NCBI RefSeq assembly: GCF_902459465.1
Contig: NC_047078.1
Location: 11,408,001-11,472,000 of the forward strand
Reading direction: 5' to 3'
Source: Asterias rubens
Lineage: Eukaryota
Length of the DNA stretch: 64,000 nucleotides
A program made the translations under genes and the position numbers. Of this stretch, positions 1-11,000 are shown in pieces. Under the pieces are notes generated by a model, which was not told the origin of the DNA, did no database searches, and saw only the letters and a program-made list of their open reading frames with translations. The first letter of the stretch is position 1. Each line of letters opens with the position of its first letter.

Positions 1-563
1 AGCATATTTTGTTTTAGCAATCCATGCCAAGTTTGCAAAACAACTATCGTTGGACTAAGTTAGCCGAACTCTATCTTGTCAACAATAATTGGACTATGCA
101 GTAACACCATGTGTGTATGTACTTGCCAGGTAGAGTTTGTCCCAGCCAGTTTTATATACCTTCCACCCGGGTAGTTCATGTAGTTAAAAAGCAGGACAGT
201 TCTTTTCATAACAATCTGATGAATCTACTCCGCGATATAAGAACATAGAAAGACAGTTCTCTAAAGAACAAAGTCTACCTGGCAAGTACATGTAGATACA
301 CACACGGTGTTACCGCCTACCAAATGACTAGAATGGTTCGCAATTGAACTTCTGTACGCATGCCCTATGTGTGTCACCTAACAACCACTAGTTACATGTA
401 ACAATTGGTCATTGCGCGAGCTTGGCCCATGCTAAAATACATCGCAAGTTTTTCTGTAAACTTTACAGAACAAAGTATTCTTGGGTCTATTCTATCCTGG
501 AAGAAAGGTGGACAAATAACGCGTGTGAAAAACGTTCATAGTGGAAGTAAAATAACTCCGGAT

Positions 564-3500
564 TTATTTTGAGAAATGGTTTGCCATCCCCGCTGTGAGA
601 CCAACGTAGAGCTGCATAGCAACGAGACCAACACATGAAGTGAAGAAGAACTTAGCGAGGAGAAGAACCCAAGATCCAAGGCCAACTGCATGGATCAAAA
701 TTCTGCAGTAAGAAGAGAGAAGAAATTATAAAAATTATATAGATGTGTCAGTGTATCATCATCACATATAGATGTATAGTAATGTTCCAGAATAATAGAT
801 TGATAGCAATATGTTGCCTACAATATTCAAGAGCAGGGATAATTGGTTTACCAAACAGGTAGTCAATTTTTTTAATTCTAGTAGTCATGATGGCGCAATT
901 AACCAATTAACTGAGTATTTGAAAAAAAGGTAGTCGTGACTCAACTAAGCAATCAATTCAATAGTCACGATTATACACCGGTACCTCATGTATATAATCC
1001 TCTCATCTGATTGGTTAATGTAGTCATGGAAATAGCTACAACCTTTTTTTTCTCATCAAGATGACGTTATAGTGACTATGCCCGCTCTGAAAATAATGCA
1101 ACTATGATATGTATAATGTACGACAAGCATTCCGTGTCACAGCGCGACCTTTCTACGTAGACGACCTTTCACCGTATAGTCAGAGTGTTGATGATTAGAA
1201 GAATCTTTGTTCGGTATATAAAAGAAATATTGACTGCTTAATAATCGGGAAACAGTTAAAATTATAGGCCCTCGGTGATGTCAAAACCATGGCTATGCCC
1301 TCAGCTTCGCTTTGGGCATAGTCATGGTTTTGACATCACCTTGGGCCCATAACTTTAACTGTACCCCCCGTAGCAGTCAATGTTTCCATACTATGACACT
1401 AATCACACAGGCTTCGTCACACCTCAATCTAATACTATTAAAAGGCTTCAGGACTGGAACGGGCAACTGAAGGAACACAAATTGTGCAACAAGGGTATTT
1501 TTTTTCTTCATTATTCTCTTGCAACTGTGATGACCAATTGAGTCAAAATGTTCACACATTTGTTATTTTATGCGTATGCTGGGTTACACCAAGTGAGAAT
1601 ACTACATGTAGTCTTTGACAATTACCGAAGGAGTAAAGTGCCTTTAAACAATGCCATATACATGTACTTACTCTACAATAAGTGGTTTATAACATCCAAG
1701 GAGAAGTAGAACTATAACGACCGGTCGGAGTGACTTATTGAGATCATGTCTACTCCAAAGCCATACCAGTACAGCAGTGGACAAATGCTGGATCTGTAAA
1801 ATCAATAAAAACACAGGTAACATGGTATACCACACTAGGTAGGGCTATTATTGATATTAAATAAAATCGTCTTCTATCACAATTCACAGTGCTTGTTACA
1901 TTTCTGTGGAACTATTTAATACAATTAATTCAGGAAAAAAGGTACATGTGATCAAACTTCAGTATTGTCCAAGTCCCACACTTCGTGTATCACAACTTTT
2001 ACATAAAAAACAAACCTGTGAAAATTTAGGCTCAATCTGTTATCGGAGTCGGGAGAAACTAACGGGAAAACCCACTCTTGTTTCCGCGCGTTTCGCCGTG
2101 TCATGGCGTGTGTTTAAAATAAATCCGTAATTCTCGCTATCGACAATTGATATTGTTTTAATGTTTTCTCAAAAAGTAAAGCATTTCATGGAACAATATT
2201 TCAAGAGAAGTCTTTCACCATTACCTTCTGTAAACCCTGTAAATTATTTGTAAATCTGTGACCTTTTTTCTTTTTTTCTGTACCGAAAATGTATAATGGC
2301 TTTAACGCACTCTCCAGCAGAATGACACGTGTAGGATTGTGTCACTGATGTCTGATTGTGTTTCAAAGTAAACTATACTGTTGTGAAAAGTCGTGAGTCA
2401 ACACAACTCCATATTATTATTATAATTACCAAATTGACGTTTGATTCCAGACTCATCTGGATGTACTTCCAGTCAAACTCGGTTCCTCTTGCTCCGAACC
2501 ATAGAGGGAGTACCCTGGTGACGAACAGCTCAGCGGTTGCCCAACCAACACCAGCCGTCATGAAGCGCAGATCTCCTTTGCCAGTTACACTCGTCAGGAT
2601 GAAATAGAAGCCGGCCAGATCACCGAGGTCAACAGTGGACTTCATGAACTCCTAGTGAGTTCGGAAACAACACATTAGTAGGCAATAAATAATGCAAACT
2701 TAGAATGAGAGTAATATGTATGTAGGATTTGAGGCATTGCATGTTGAGGTATCAATGTATAATTGGTTTGCTATAACACCATGTGTGTACACGTATCTAC
2801 TTGCCAGAGAATTTGTTCATTAAAGAACTGTCTTTCTTTATTCTACTACCGTAGAGTAGATTTATCGGATGTTCGGGAGACTTCTCAGTTCTGAAAAGAA
2901 CTGACCTGCTTTTTTAATTACTACCCAGGCGGAAGGTATAGCAAATTACCTAGGACTACTTCTAGGATCGTTACTAACTGCACTACCGCGGAGTCAGTTC
3001 TTGAAATTGGTCTCAATGATTTGACTAGCTTACTCTAGTCATCATCAGGAGAGTAATATATGCTTGTGATTTTTTTCACAGAGCTCGGGAAAGTAAAGTC
3101 CAAACCCGCCCAGCACTCAGGATTCTCTAGTCACCACTGGAAGTATTCCCTCTGTTTTGGACTACCAAACATTTACCTTTTTTTTTATTTGAGTCTAGGA
3201 GTAAGTTACATGGTAGATCATCTACCATGTAACTTACTCCTAGAACTATGAGGTTCGTTTACACTACACTATGGCGGATGGAAATGAACCTCGTACGTGT
3301 AGTTCTAGTTCTAGTACATGTACATGTAACTGATCTATCTCGCAATGGTTTCCAGGGAAACAGTTTTCCTCCACTAAAGAAATCCTGGACAGAATCCTGC
3401 AAAGAGGAAGCGTTCCACATAGAGATAATTCTTACCCCAATCACGTCAAGATTCCCCGTTACTCCATCTGAGGTTGGGAAAAATGTGGCTAGCACCAACA

Positions 3501-5733
3501 TCTACATATTTTTAGAAAAAAAGAGAAAGAAAGAATTAAACGCAGAAGACACTACGAGCAACTATAAATATAAATATTGATAGTAAACTTGCGGGTACCA
3601 CCATGGGTAAAAACTCTTTTGAAGGAGTGGTGGCTCTGAAAAGAGCCGGTTTGGTCTCGACGTTTCGAACAGTATACTCTGCTCGTCTTCAGGAGAATGC
3701 TGGACTACTGGAGGTGGTGGAGCAGACGACACTATTGGTAATTGCTCAAAATAATTATTAGCATAAAACCTTTCTTGGTAAACGAGTAATGGGGAGAGGT
3801 TGATAGTATCAAACATTGTGTGAAACGGCTCCCTCTGAAGTGATGCCGAGCCGCGGCCGAGTTGGACTTAACCATTCTGTGAGAGGGGTGTTACAAACCC
3901 GTGCGGCAGTGCGTGGGCGCTTTATGCGTGAACGGTGGGTATTATTGTAAACAAACAGCGCACGCACTGCCACACCGGTTTGTAACACCCCTGTCATCTC
4001 CCACCGGTGATGTGTTTGTATTGTTGTTTGTAATTTATACGTTTCTCTTACGTTTATCAGTTTACCCTTGTTTGCATAAAGTCAAAGTTCAGTGGCCACA
4101 GCCAATCGCCTGCGGGCATTTAAGGAATTTCGCTTAAGGTGTGGCAAGCCCCTTTTTTTGTATACATATACTTGGGTGCCTGTATTTCCAAGTCATTTCT
4201 GTTCCTGATTCCGTTGTGTTGTGTTCGAGTTTATTTTAGTTCTTCTCAGACATGTAATCTTCCGTAGCCATCTCCCAATACCAGTGAACGCCCCCAGAAT
4301 ACCGCAGAACATTTACCATGTGCACGGACGTAGTTTCTGAGTTTCTCCCGGCAATGATGTGAGTTTATTATATGTATTAGTTATTTCGCCGTTGTAATTT
4401 AACGCCGGATTTGTCTTTGTAGTGTCTTATATTCAAGTTTCACTTTTGTATCAGCCCTCGGTCGTTGCTTGGTTTATTGCTGTATCTCGTTCTGCATTTA
4501 AAGTTGTTTTTGTTAGTCTGATATGGTTCACCTTTGTCCCCATTCCCTTAATTGTTTATAATGTGCTTTCTTTTCGTGTCATTTATTAGCTATTTATGTA
4601 TTTGTTATTTATAGTTTCACCTGTGTAATGTTATACACTGAGTGCAAATAAATGGGAAAGCTCATCTAAAGGTCTCCGCCGTCTCCAATTTGTACCGTGC
4701 ATGTGACAACCCCTTTCACAGAATGGTTTAGTCCGACTCGACCGCAGCTCGGCAGTTCGTCGATCTACATGTAGTAGGCTGGTACCCGATTTATAAAACG
4801 TTGAGCATACTGAAAAGTAAAAAAACTTGCGATAGCAGAAAAACAACAGTGAGTACCGAGCAGAAAACTGCATTTTTTGACAAAGTTTCTTAATTTCACT
4901 GAACAAAAAGGAAATGCAAGCATTATGAATGCATACTGAGTATGTGGGGAAAGTTTTGACAGTGTAGTACAAAAGAAACTTCAGTTGTTGCTGGCTAACG
5001 GTTGTAAAACTTTCACATATCAACGCTGATTTGAAAAACGTATAGCATTTAAGGAGGCCCAAAATATTAGACCCCTCACGGGGGAGCCTAATAGTTTCTA
5101 GAAGTAATGTGCATGTAGAATCGAAAGTTGGCTATTATTTGTCTACACTTCAAGTTTATAAACTAAATGGGTTACCTTGCATAGCTGGGTGAAAAGGTAG
5201 ATTATACCGGCTTGGACGCATTTCCAGAAGGCACTGTATTCTGACCTGGATGAAGAAAGAGAGATAGAGAAAAAAAAAATAAAAAATAAAAAAACCACTA
5301 AAACAAATTGTGTTTCACTCAGATATCGAACATAAAGGTAGGAATTTGTTTACTCTTGTTTTTATTTAAATTTCATTATAAATATTATAATAACTTAGTA
5401 TTCTCACTTCAACACTTGATGTACAGGAAAAGTTTCCGTATGGCGCCACCACTTTTTCATTGGATATGAAATAATATACATGTAGGTAGTATCTAATTTA
5501 CCTCAGTGAGATATCCCTTTTTGTAAAAATTACGAAAAAGTGGTGGCGCCATACGGAAAACTATCCGATGTACATAGTATACTTTTGTCTATCCTGGCCG
5601 GCTTAAATTGGTTATGTTGTTTTGGGGTTCCTGTTTTTGTCTGATTCTGTTGTTTTGTCACATTTCTTGTTTTCTAATAATATGTCTGGCGATGTTCTTT
5701 GTGTTGTTGTGTTGTTCTTCCTTGGTTTTTTTG

Positions 5734-5765
<32 letters not shown>

Positions 5766-6583
5766 TTGCCATTGTTGTTATTGTTGTTTTTTTCGTCATT
5801 GTTGTTGTTGTTTGGTTTTTGTTTGCTTTGTTGTTTCTTTGAGTTGATGTTGATGTTGTTTGTGTCCCTCCTGTTGTTATTGTCTGTTTTGTTTTTCTCC
5901 CCATGTCAATTATTTATTTTATTTTAACGATTTTGTTTAATACATATTGTTTTGGCTAGTTTTCCTGATTCTGTTTACTTATAGTATATGGATAACTTTC
6001 CGTATGGCGCCACCACTTTTTCACTAATTTTTACAAAAAGGGATATATCAATGAGGTAAATTAGATACTATATTATTTCATATCGAATGAAAAAGTGGTG
6101 GCGCCATGCGGAAACTTTTCCTAGTATATAACTGTATTTTTGTGAACCTTGCTGTCTTGTATTTTGGCCGAATAAATAATAATAATAATAATAAAAAATA
6201 TTAATCAAAACTGGGGTTTAAAAATGCCGTGGTCATCAAAGTTGAAACAAAATAAAATGACAGAAAAACACCATCGTTGTACAGATTTGTTATGTGCATT
6301 CAGAAACCTGAATGCACTTTGTTAGTTAGACAATGGATTAATAATAAATTATACATTTATAAAATATACGGGCATGAACGAACAAGAACTAACAATGATT
6401 AATTAACAAGCAACCAAGACGAGTCTGGTCCTGGAGTAGACGACATACATGTCCAAATAAAATGACAAATTATATCATCCCTAGAAACAAAGAGAAAACA
6501 ACTTACAGTCCAGAATACTTGTAGGTTATGAAGTACGGAATATAAGCTAAAGCAACGCAGTTTCCAAAATGAAAAAGTGTCAT
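564..6583 (-). CDS. TMEM147: Transmembrane protein 147. Coding exons (minus): 6583-6507, 5245-5176, 3501-3436, 2651-2430, 1793-1672, 702-564; 231 aa
   Basis: Spliced translation [59 protein letters not shown].../EFMKSTVDL...GWATAEL...[19 protein letters not shown]... closely matches TMEM147 as I recall it. All introns are GT-AG with consistent phases; total 696 nt. Confidence 0.97.
1252..1362. repeat. Hairpin with arms of about 50 bp and a GCTTCGC-containing loop, the end of a non-autonomous element of about 400 bp (about 975-1375)
   Basis: Arms ACAGTTAAAATTATAGGCCCTCGGTGATGTCAAAACCATGGCTATGCCC and GGGCATAGTCATGGTTTTGACATCACCTTGGGCCCATAACTTTAACTGT. Confidence 0.6.
3655..3696 (-). ncRNA. Minimal type-I hammerhead-like motif (Penelope-type): UCUC CUGAAGA C GAGCAG-AGUAUA-CUGUUC GAAA CG UC GAGA
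   Basis: CUGANGA and GAAA core boxes, 6-bp helix II, 4-bp helix I, and a palindromic ACGU in place of helix III. There is one extra C after A9. Activity is untested. Confidence 0.55.
5426..5566. mobile_element. 141-bp palindromic MITE, GG...CC termini, 8-bp TSD GATGTACA (Merlin-like)
   Basis: TIR GGAAAAGTTTCCGTATGGCGCCACCACTTTTTC. Perfect 8-bp direct repeats at 5418-5425 and 5567-5574. Confidence 0.8.
5695..5885 (+). repeat. Imperfect (GTT)n microsatellite
   Basis: Directly visible; explains the poly-Leu, poly-Cys and poly-Thr ORFs. Confidence 0.9.
5990..6121. mobile_element. Second copy of the Merlin-like MITE in opposite orientation, 8-bp TSD TAGTATAT. A degenerate third copy lies at about 7137-7240
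   Basis: Same TIR; direct repeats at 5982-5989 and 6122-6129. Confidence 0.8.
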
Positions 6584-6865
6584 TTTAAGTGATTTAAAAC
6601 CGCCCTTCTTCACCAAGATACAATTTCCAGTGACTCAAGCACAAACAAGATATAACACATGTATGGAAGTGGACCAGACTAATTGACATTTAAATCTATA
6701 CAAAAATATGGGTCTAACACCTGTACGTCAAACATAACCCTTCACGAGAAGGGCGCCATCAAGTGTTTCACAAAATCCAAGGAGGCAAAACAGAAAAGTG
6801 GAATTTGGAAAGTGGAAAATTATTTTGGGTTTGACTCTCATGGACTCTCCTACCTAGGCTGTCAG
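6584..6865. promoter_or_regulatory. Probable bidirectional promoter between TMEM147 and NFRKB, including a likely non-coding NFRKB first exon ending at 6865
   Basis: TMEM147 ATG at 6583 (minus). Strong plus-strand donor CAG|GTAAGA at 6865/6866 and acceptor TTATACAG just before the NFRKB ATG exon. YY1-like GCGCCATC near 6755 and ETS-like GGAAGT near 6665. Confidence 0.55.
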
Positions 6866-7604
6866 GTAAGAAATGGTCCAGTTTTGTTGGGGAAAATTGC
6901 AGCCTTTCCTCGATTGTATTCTGTGATGGTTCGTTTATGAGAGAAACCATTGCATTGTTGCCTCCTCTCACCTGTAAATAGTGTAAATTTGATCGAATTG
7001 TCACAACAAATAATTTTTATATTTTATTATTTATTCAATTTCAATTTCATCTCATAAAAATAATGCAGTTTGTCCATGAACCATAATAATGGACTCTGAA
7101 GATAAAACTTGTTGAGCTGGAACAACTTTCCATATAACGCCACCACAATTTATTCATTTTTGCATAAAGGGATCTCATTGATCATTGATTTAATCGAACG
7201 AAAAAGTGGTGGCGCCATAGATGTATACGGAAACTTTTCCATCTATCTGAACAAGACACACACGTGTCTTGCTGTACTCCCTGACCACATTCTGGCACTC
7301 CACTACAATGTGTACGTCTAGCCATTGAGCTTGCCATGCTTGCCTGTGTGATGTGGTCGCAGTGGTGGTCCTTCCATACCTGTTGCGATAACATAACCCT
7401 CCTCCCGACGGCGAAGCAGTTCAAGGAGGAGGCCAACCGATGCGAGTAGGCATCCAGAGTCATGTTTTTACCCGCACACATATCTCGACATGGTATAATT
7501 CACTCATGAGTATTGTTGATTAAGTCACCTTAGGCAAACAAAGGATATAAATCAATTTGACTCTCCTCTTATACAGATCTTTCGATTTCATTCGGTGTGG
7601 TAGA

Positions 7605-8011
7605 ATGACAACGAGAAGCACCAACGTAAATGGATCAGACACTGATAGGCATGGAGAGGTTACGTTGGTGGCAGCAGCCATGACGCGTCAGGTGACTGTA
7701 TCCATGGGTCGTCGTCTGAGCTTGGAGGACCTGAACGACAGCTCATCACAGAGTGAATTTGTAAGCGTGGATAGTCCCCAGAATGGGGACGTGGATGTGG
7801 TGACTGTCGACAACGCAGCCGAGGTGGATTCGCTGATTGGGTCTCAGAAATCTCCACTTGGATTTTCAGGTTTGTATTTGAAGCAGAAGCCTATCTTGAG
7901 GTTGAAAAACAGCATAAATTTTAGCGCGGTGTAAAGCCTTGTTTTTACCTCCTGCAAATGTGATTCAAATTTTTACGTCAACAGTTGTGCTGTTCTCAAC
8001 TTCTGCGAAAC

Positions 8012-8050
<39 letters not shown>

Positions 8051-11000
8051 TTTCACATTCGCTGTGAAAACAGCCATTTGACGTTGAAATTCGCTGCGCA
8101 TTCACATTCACATGAAGTATAAACCGGGCTTCACAGGGTTAGAAAAAAAACAAATTAAAAGAAGTTATGGGAGAGGATGGTAGTATAATACATTGTGAGA
8201 GTCGACTCCCTCTGAAGTGACGTAGTTTTCAAGAAAGAAGTAATTATCTACGATTAAGATTTCAAGACCTTAGAATTAGATTTTTAGGCCTCAAAATCAA
8301 GCATATGAAAGCACACAACTTTGTGTGAGAAGGTTTTTTTCTTTCATATTTATCGCACAACTTCGACTACCAATTGAGCCCAAAGTTGCACAAGTTTTTT
8401 ATGCATATGTGGAGATACACCAAGTGAGAAGACTGGTCTTTGACAATTACATGTACCAATTGTGTCCAGTGTCTAAAAACAGTTTACTTTTCTTTATAGA
8501 AATGCAGAAGAATTCACCAAAAGTGAAGTCCCAGTCACACACTTCTCCTGTGAGACCCAGCACTGTGCCCCCGTCTGGAAGCCCTAAAGGAAGCTGGCCT
8601 AGCCCTCGTAGCAGCTTGGCCTCTCCTGCTCAAGCTGATCTACCAGACGCAAACAGAAAACGAACATTTGAACCCTGTATACTGAACAAGGCCAAAGTCT
8701 GGTTACCAATTGAACTCATCGAGCAGGTAAAATATGTGGTACTATGTATGTAGTATACAAACAATAATAACATAGATTGAGAGTGAACAGTCAATTTCAG
8801 CCCACCGAGGTATTGGAAGTTGACAAGCTTGTTCCCGAGGTGAAGCTGAATGAACTAGTTTGTCAACTTCCATTCCAATCCCCTGGAAACTTGAATAGTC
8901 ACCCAAAATATACCATGTTATACATTGTCTCACCAGACTTCATACATATTCAGTTACCGGAACAATATTGTTGGAGCAAGTGGAAATGATGACTGCTTTT
9001 TGGTTTACTTATTAGTGTTGAGGACACTATTCCTAAAAGCTCTATGAAAATAAAACAAGATGAAAATATTAACATTTCAACATGTACAGCTGTACCTCCT
9101 TAAATGCACGTCTTAGTTGCAGACCTTTTTATCAGCAATGACTCTCGACCCCCATACGACCCATACATCAACAAATATCGGTACGATAGAGGTTGGTAGT
9201 ATAAAACATTGTGAAAAATGGCTCCCTCTGAAGTGCTGTTGAGAAGTAATTTTCCGCGAATTTGGTTTTGAGACCTCAGATTTAGAATTCGAGGTCTCGA
9301 AATCAAGCCTCTGAAAGCACACAACTCTGTGTGACAAGGGTGTTTTTTCTTTCATTATTATCTTGCAACTTCGACGACTAATTGAGCTCAAATTTTCAGA
9401 GGTTTGATTTTTTATGAATGTTGAGATACAGCAAGTAGGAAGACTGGTCTTTGACAATTACCAATAGTGTCCAGTGTCTTTAGAGCCATTTTTGGCACAT
9501 AAAACATTTAAAAGTCTTTCTAATGGAATTTAGCTTTGTCGATGTTTACTTGGCCTGATACATGGCTCTGGTTACCGTCGGATTCTGCGCTGACGATAAC
9601 CATTCTCTGCTTATGTGCAAGCAGCGAATTTCTGCGCTTGCCTTGTATGTGTAGTTATCCGGGGTGTACGCAGGGGCACAAGTCAAAATTCGCTGCTAAC
9701 CTGTGAAATATGGTTGATGTGAGCACACAAATCCCTGCCTACGTAAGCGCAGATTCTTTGCTAACGGTCAGCAGAGCCATGAAATTTGGCCCTAGTTTGT
9801 AATGGTCTTCATTCTTTGTGTTTGTTTTAGTCCAAGGTGTTCCATGAGGTCGTCAGTATGGACACCTGGACCAATGTTCTCTCGGATGAAGATCGAGAAA
9901 GACTCGGCAAAATGATGCCAGATTTCCCAGAGTCAGATGCTGAGGAAAAACAGGAAACATTAAGGTGAGTACAGTATGATTTAAAACTTTGCTTGGTAGT
10001 GGACATTACGGAGAATGTAATTGCCTCTCAATATACATGTACATGTACATGTGTTTTTGTACTCTCATCCTTTTCGTCTTGCAACTCACACCTGTTATCT
10101 CCATGTTATTCCTGTTCAAAACATTTGACTTTGAATCATGTAGATGTACAAATCAGTATGGATGTTGAATGCCCCAGGCATATTAACTATAATGACCCAA
10201 GTAATGCACTGTAAACACGCCCACTCAGTAAAAAGATTAACACTTTTTGGGGATCAAGTTCTTGAATAATTATTGGAGCTTTTTCCGTAATGATTTGTGA
10301 TTATTCTCAGTTGGGTTTAAAGTGTTTCATCTGAAACTGTGACTTAATTCTTTGTGTTTTCTTTCAAAAAGGCGATTGTTTGCCGGAGAGAATTTCAAAT
10401 TTGGCAATCCCGTTCGGAAACTGCAGAAAGATCTAAAAGCTGGCTACCTGTGCCTGGATGTGTTCAAACACAAGAGGGCACTGCGACGAGCCAAGTACCA
10501 GGAGTACAATCATCAGCAGGAACTGCGCTGTCATAGGATGCTGAAGGAAGTTCTCATTTCCAGACAGGTATTCCACTCAAGTTAATTAATAGTAAAAATA
10601 ATAATCGGTTTTAATATAGCGCTTTTTAAATCCGAAGGGTGTCACAACTCCGTCCTCTTTTGGATAAGTGCACCTTGGGTTCTTTTACATGCGCTTACAC
10701 AACACATGGGACCAACGGCTTTATGTCTCAACCGAAGGACAAAGCAATGGTTGAGTGTCTTGCTTAAAGGACACAAGTATCACGGCTGGGTATTCGAACC
10801 CACACTCTGCTGATCAGAAACACCAGTGTTTGAATTTGTTGAAAGAAGTGCAGCTTCTTATATCAATGGGTAAAGTGTTCAAAAGTTTAGGTGCACACAG
10901 GGACTTTAACTTTACGCCACTTTTATTCACAGGAACTACTAGAAGCAGCCCAGTTCACTGCACCAGATGAGCCCTTTAAGGTCAAACGCCCACGACCTTT

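Noticed and set aside
5608-5927. Poly-Cys, poly-Leu and poly-Thr ORFs
   Set aside because: Translations of a (GTT)n microsatellite.
7250-7500. GC-balanced coding-like segment in NFRKB intron 1 (e.g. minus-strand LLLELLRRREEGYVIATG...)
   Set aside because: Possibly a decayed LINE end, but frames are interrupted and I cannot identify it with confidence.
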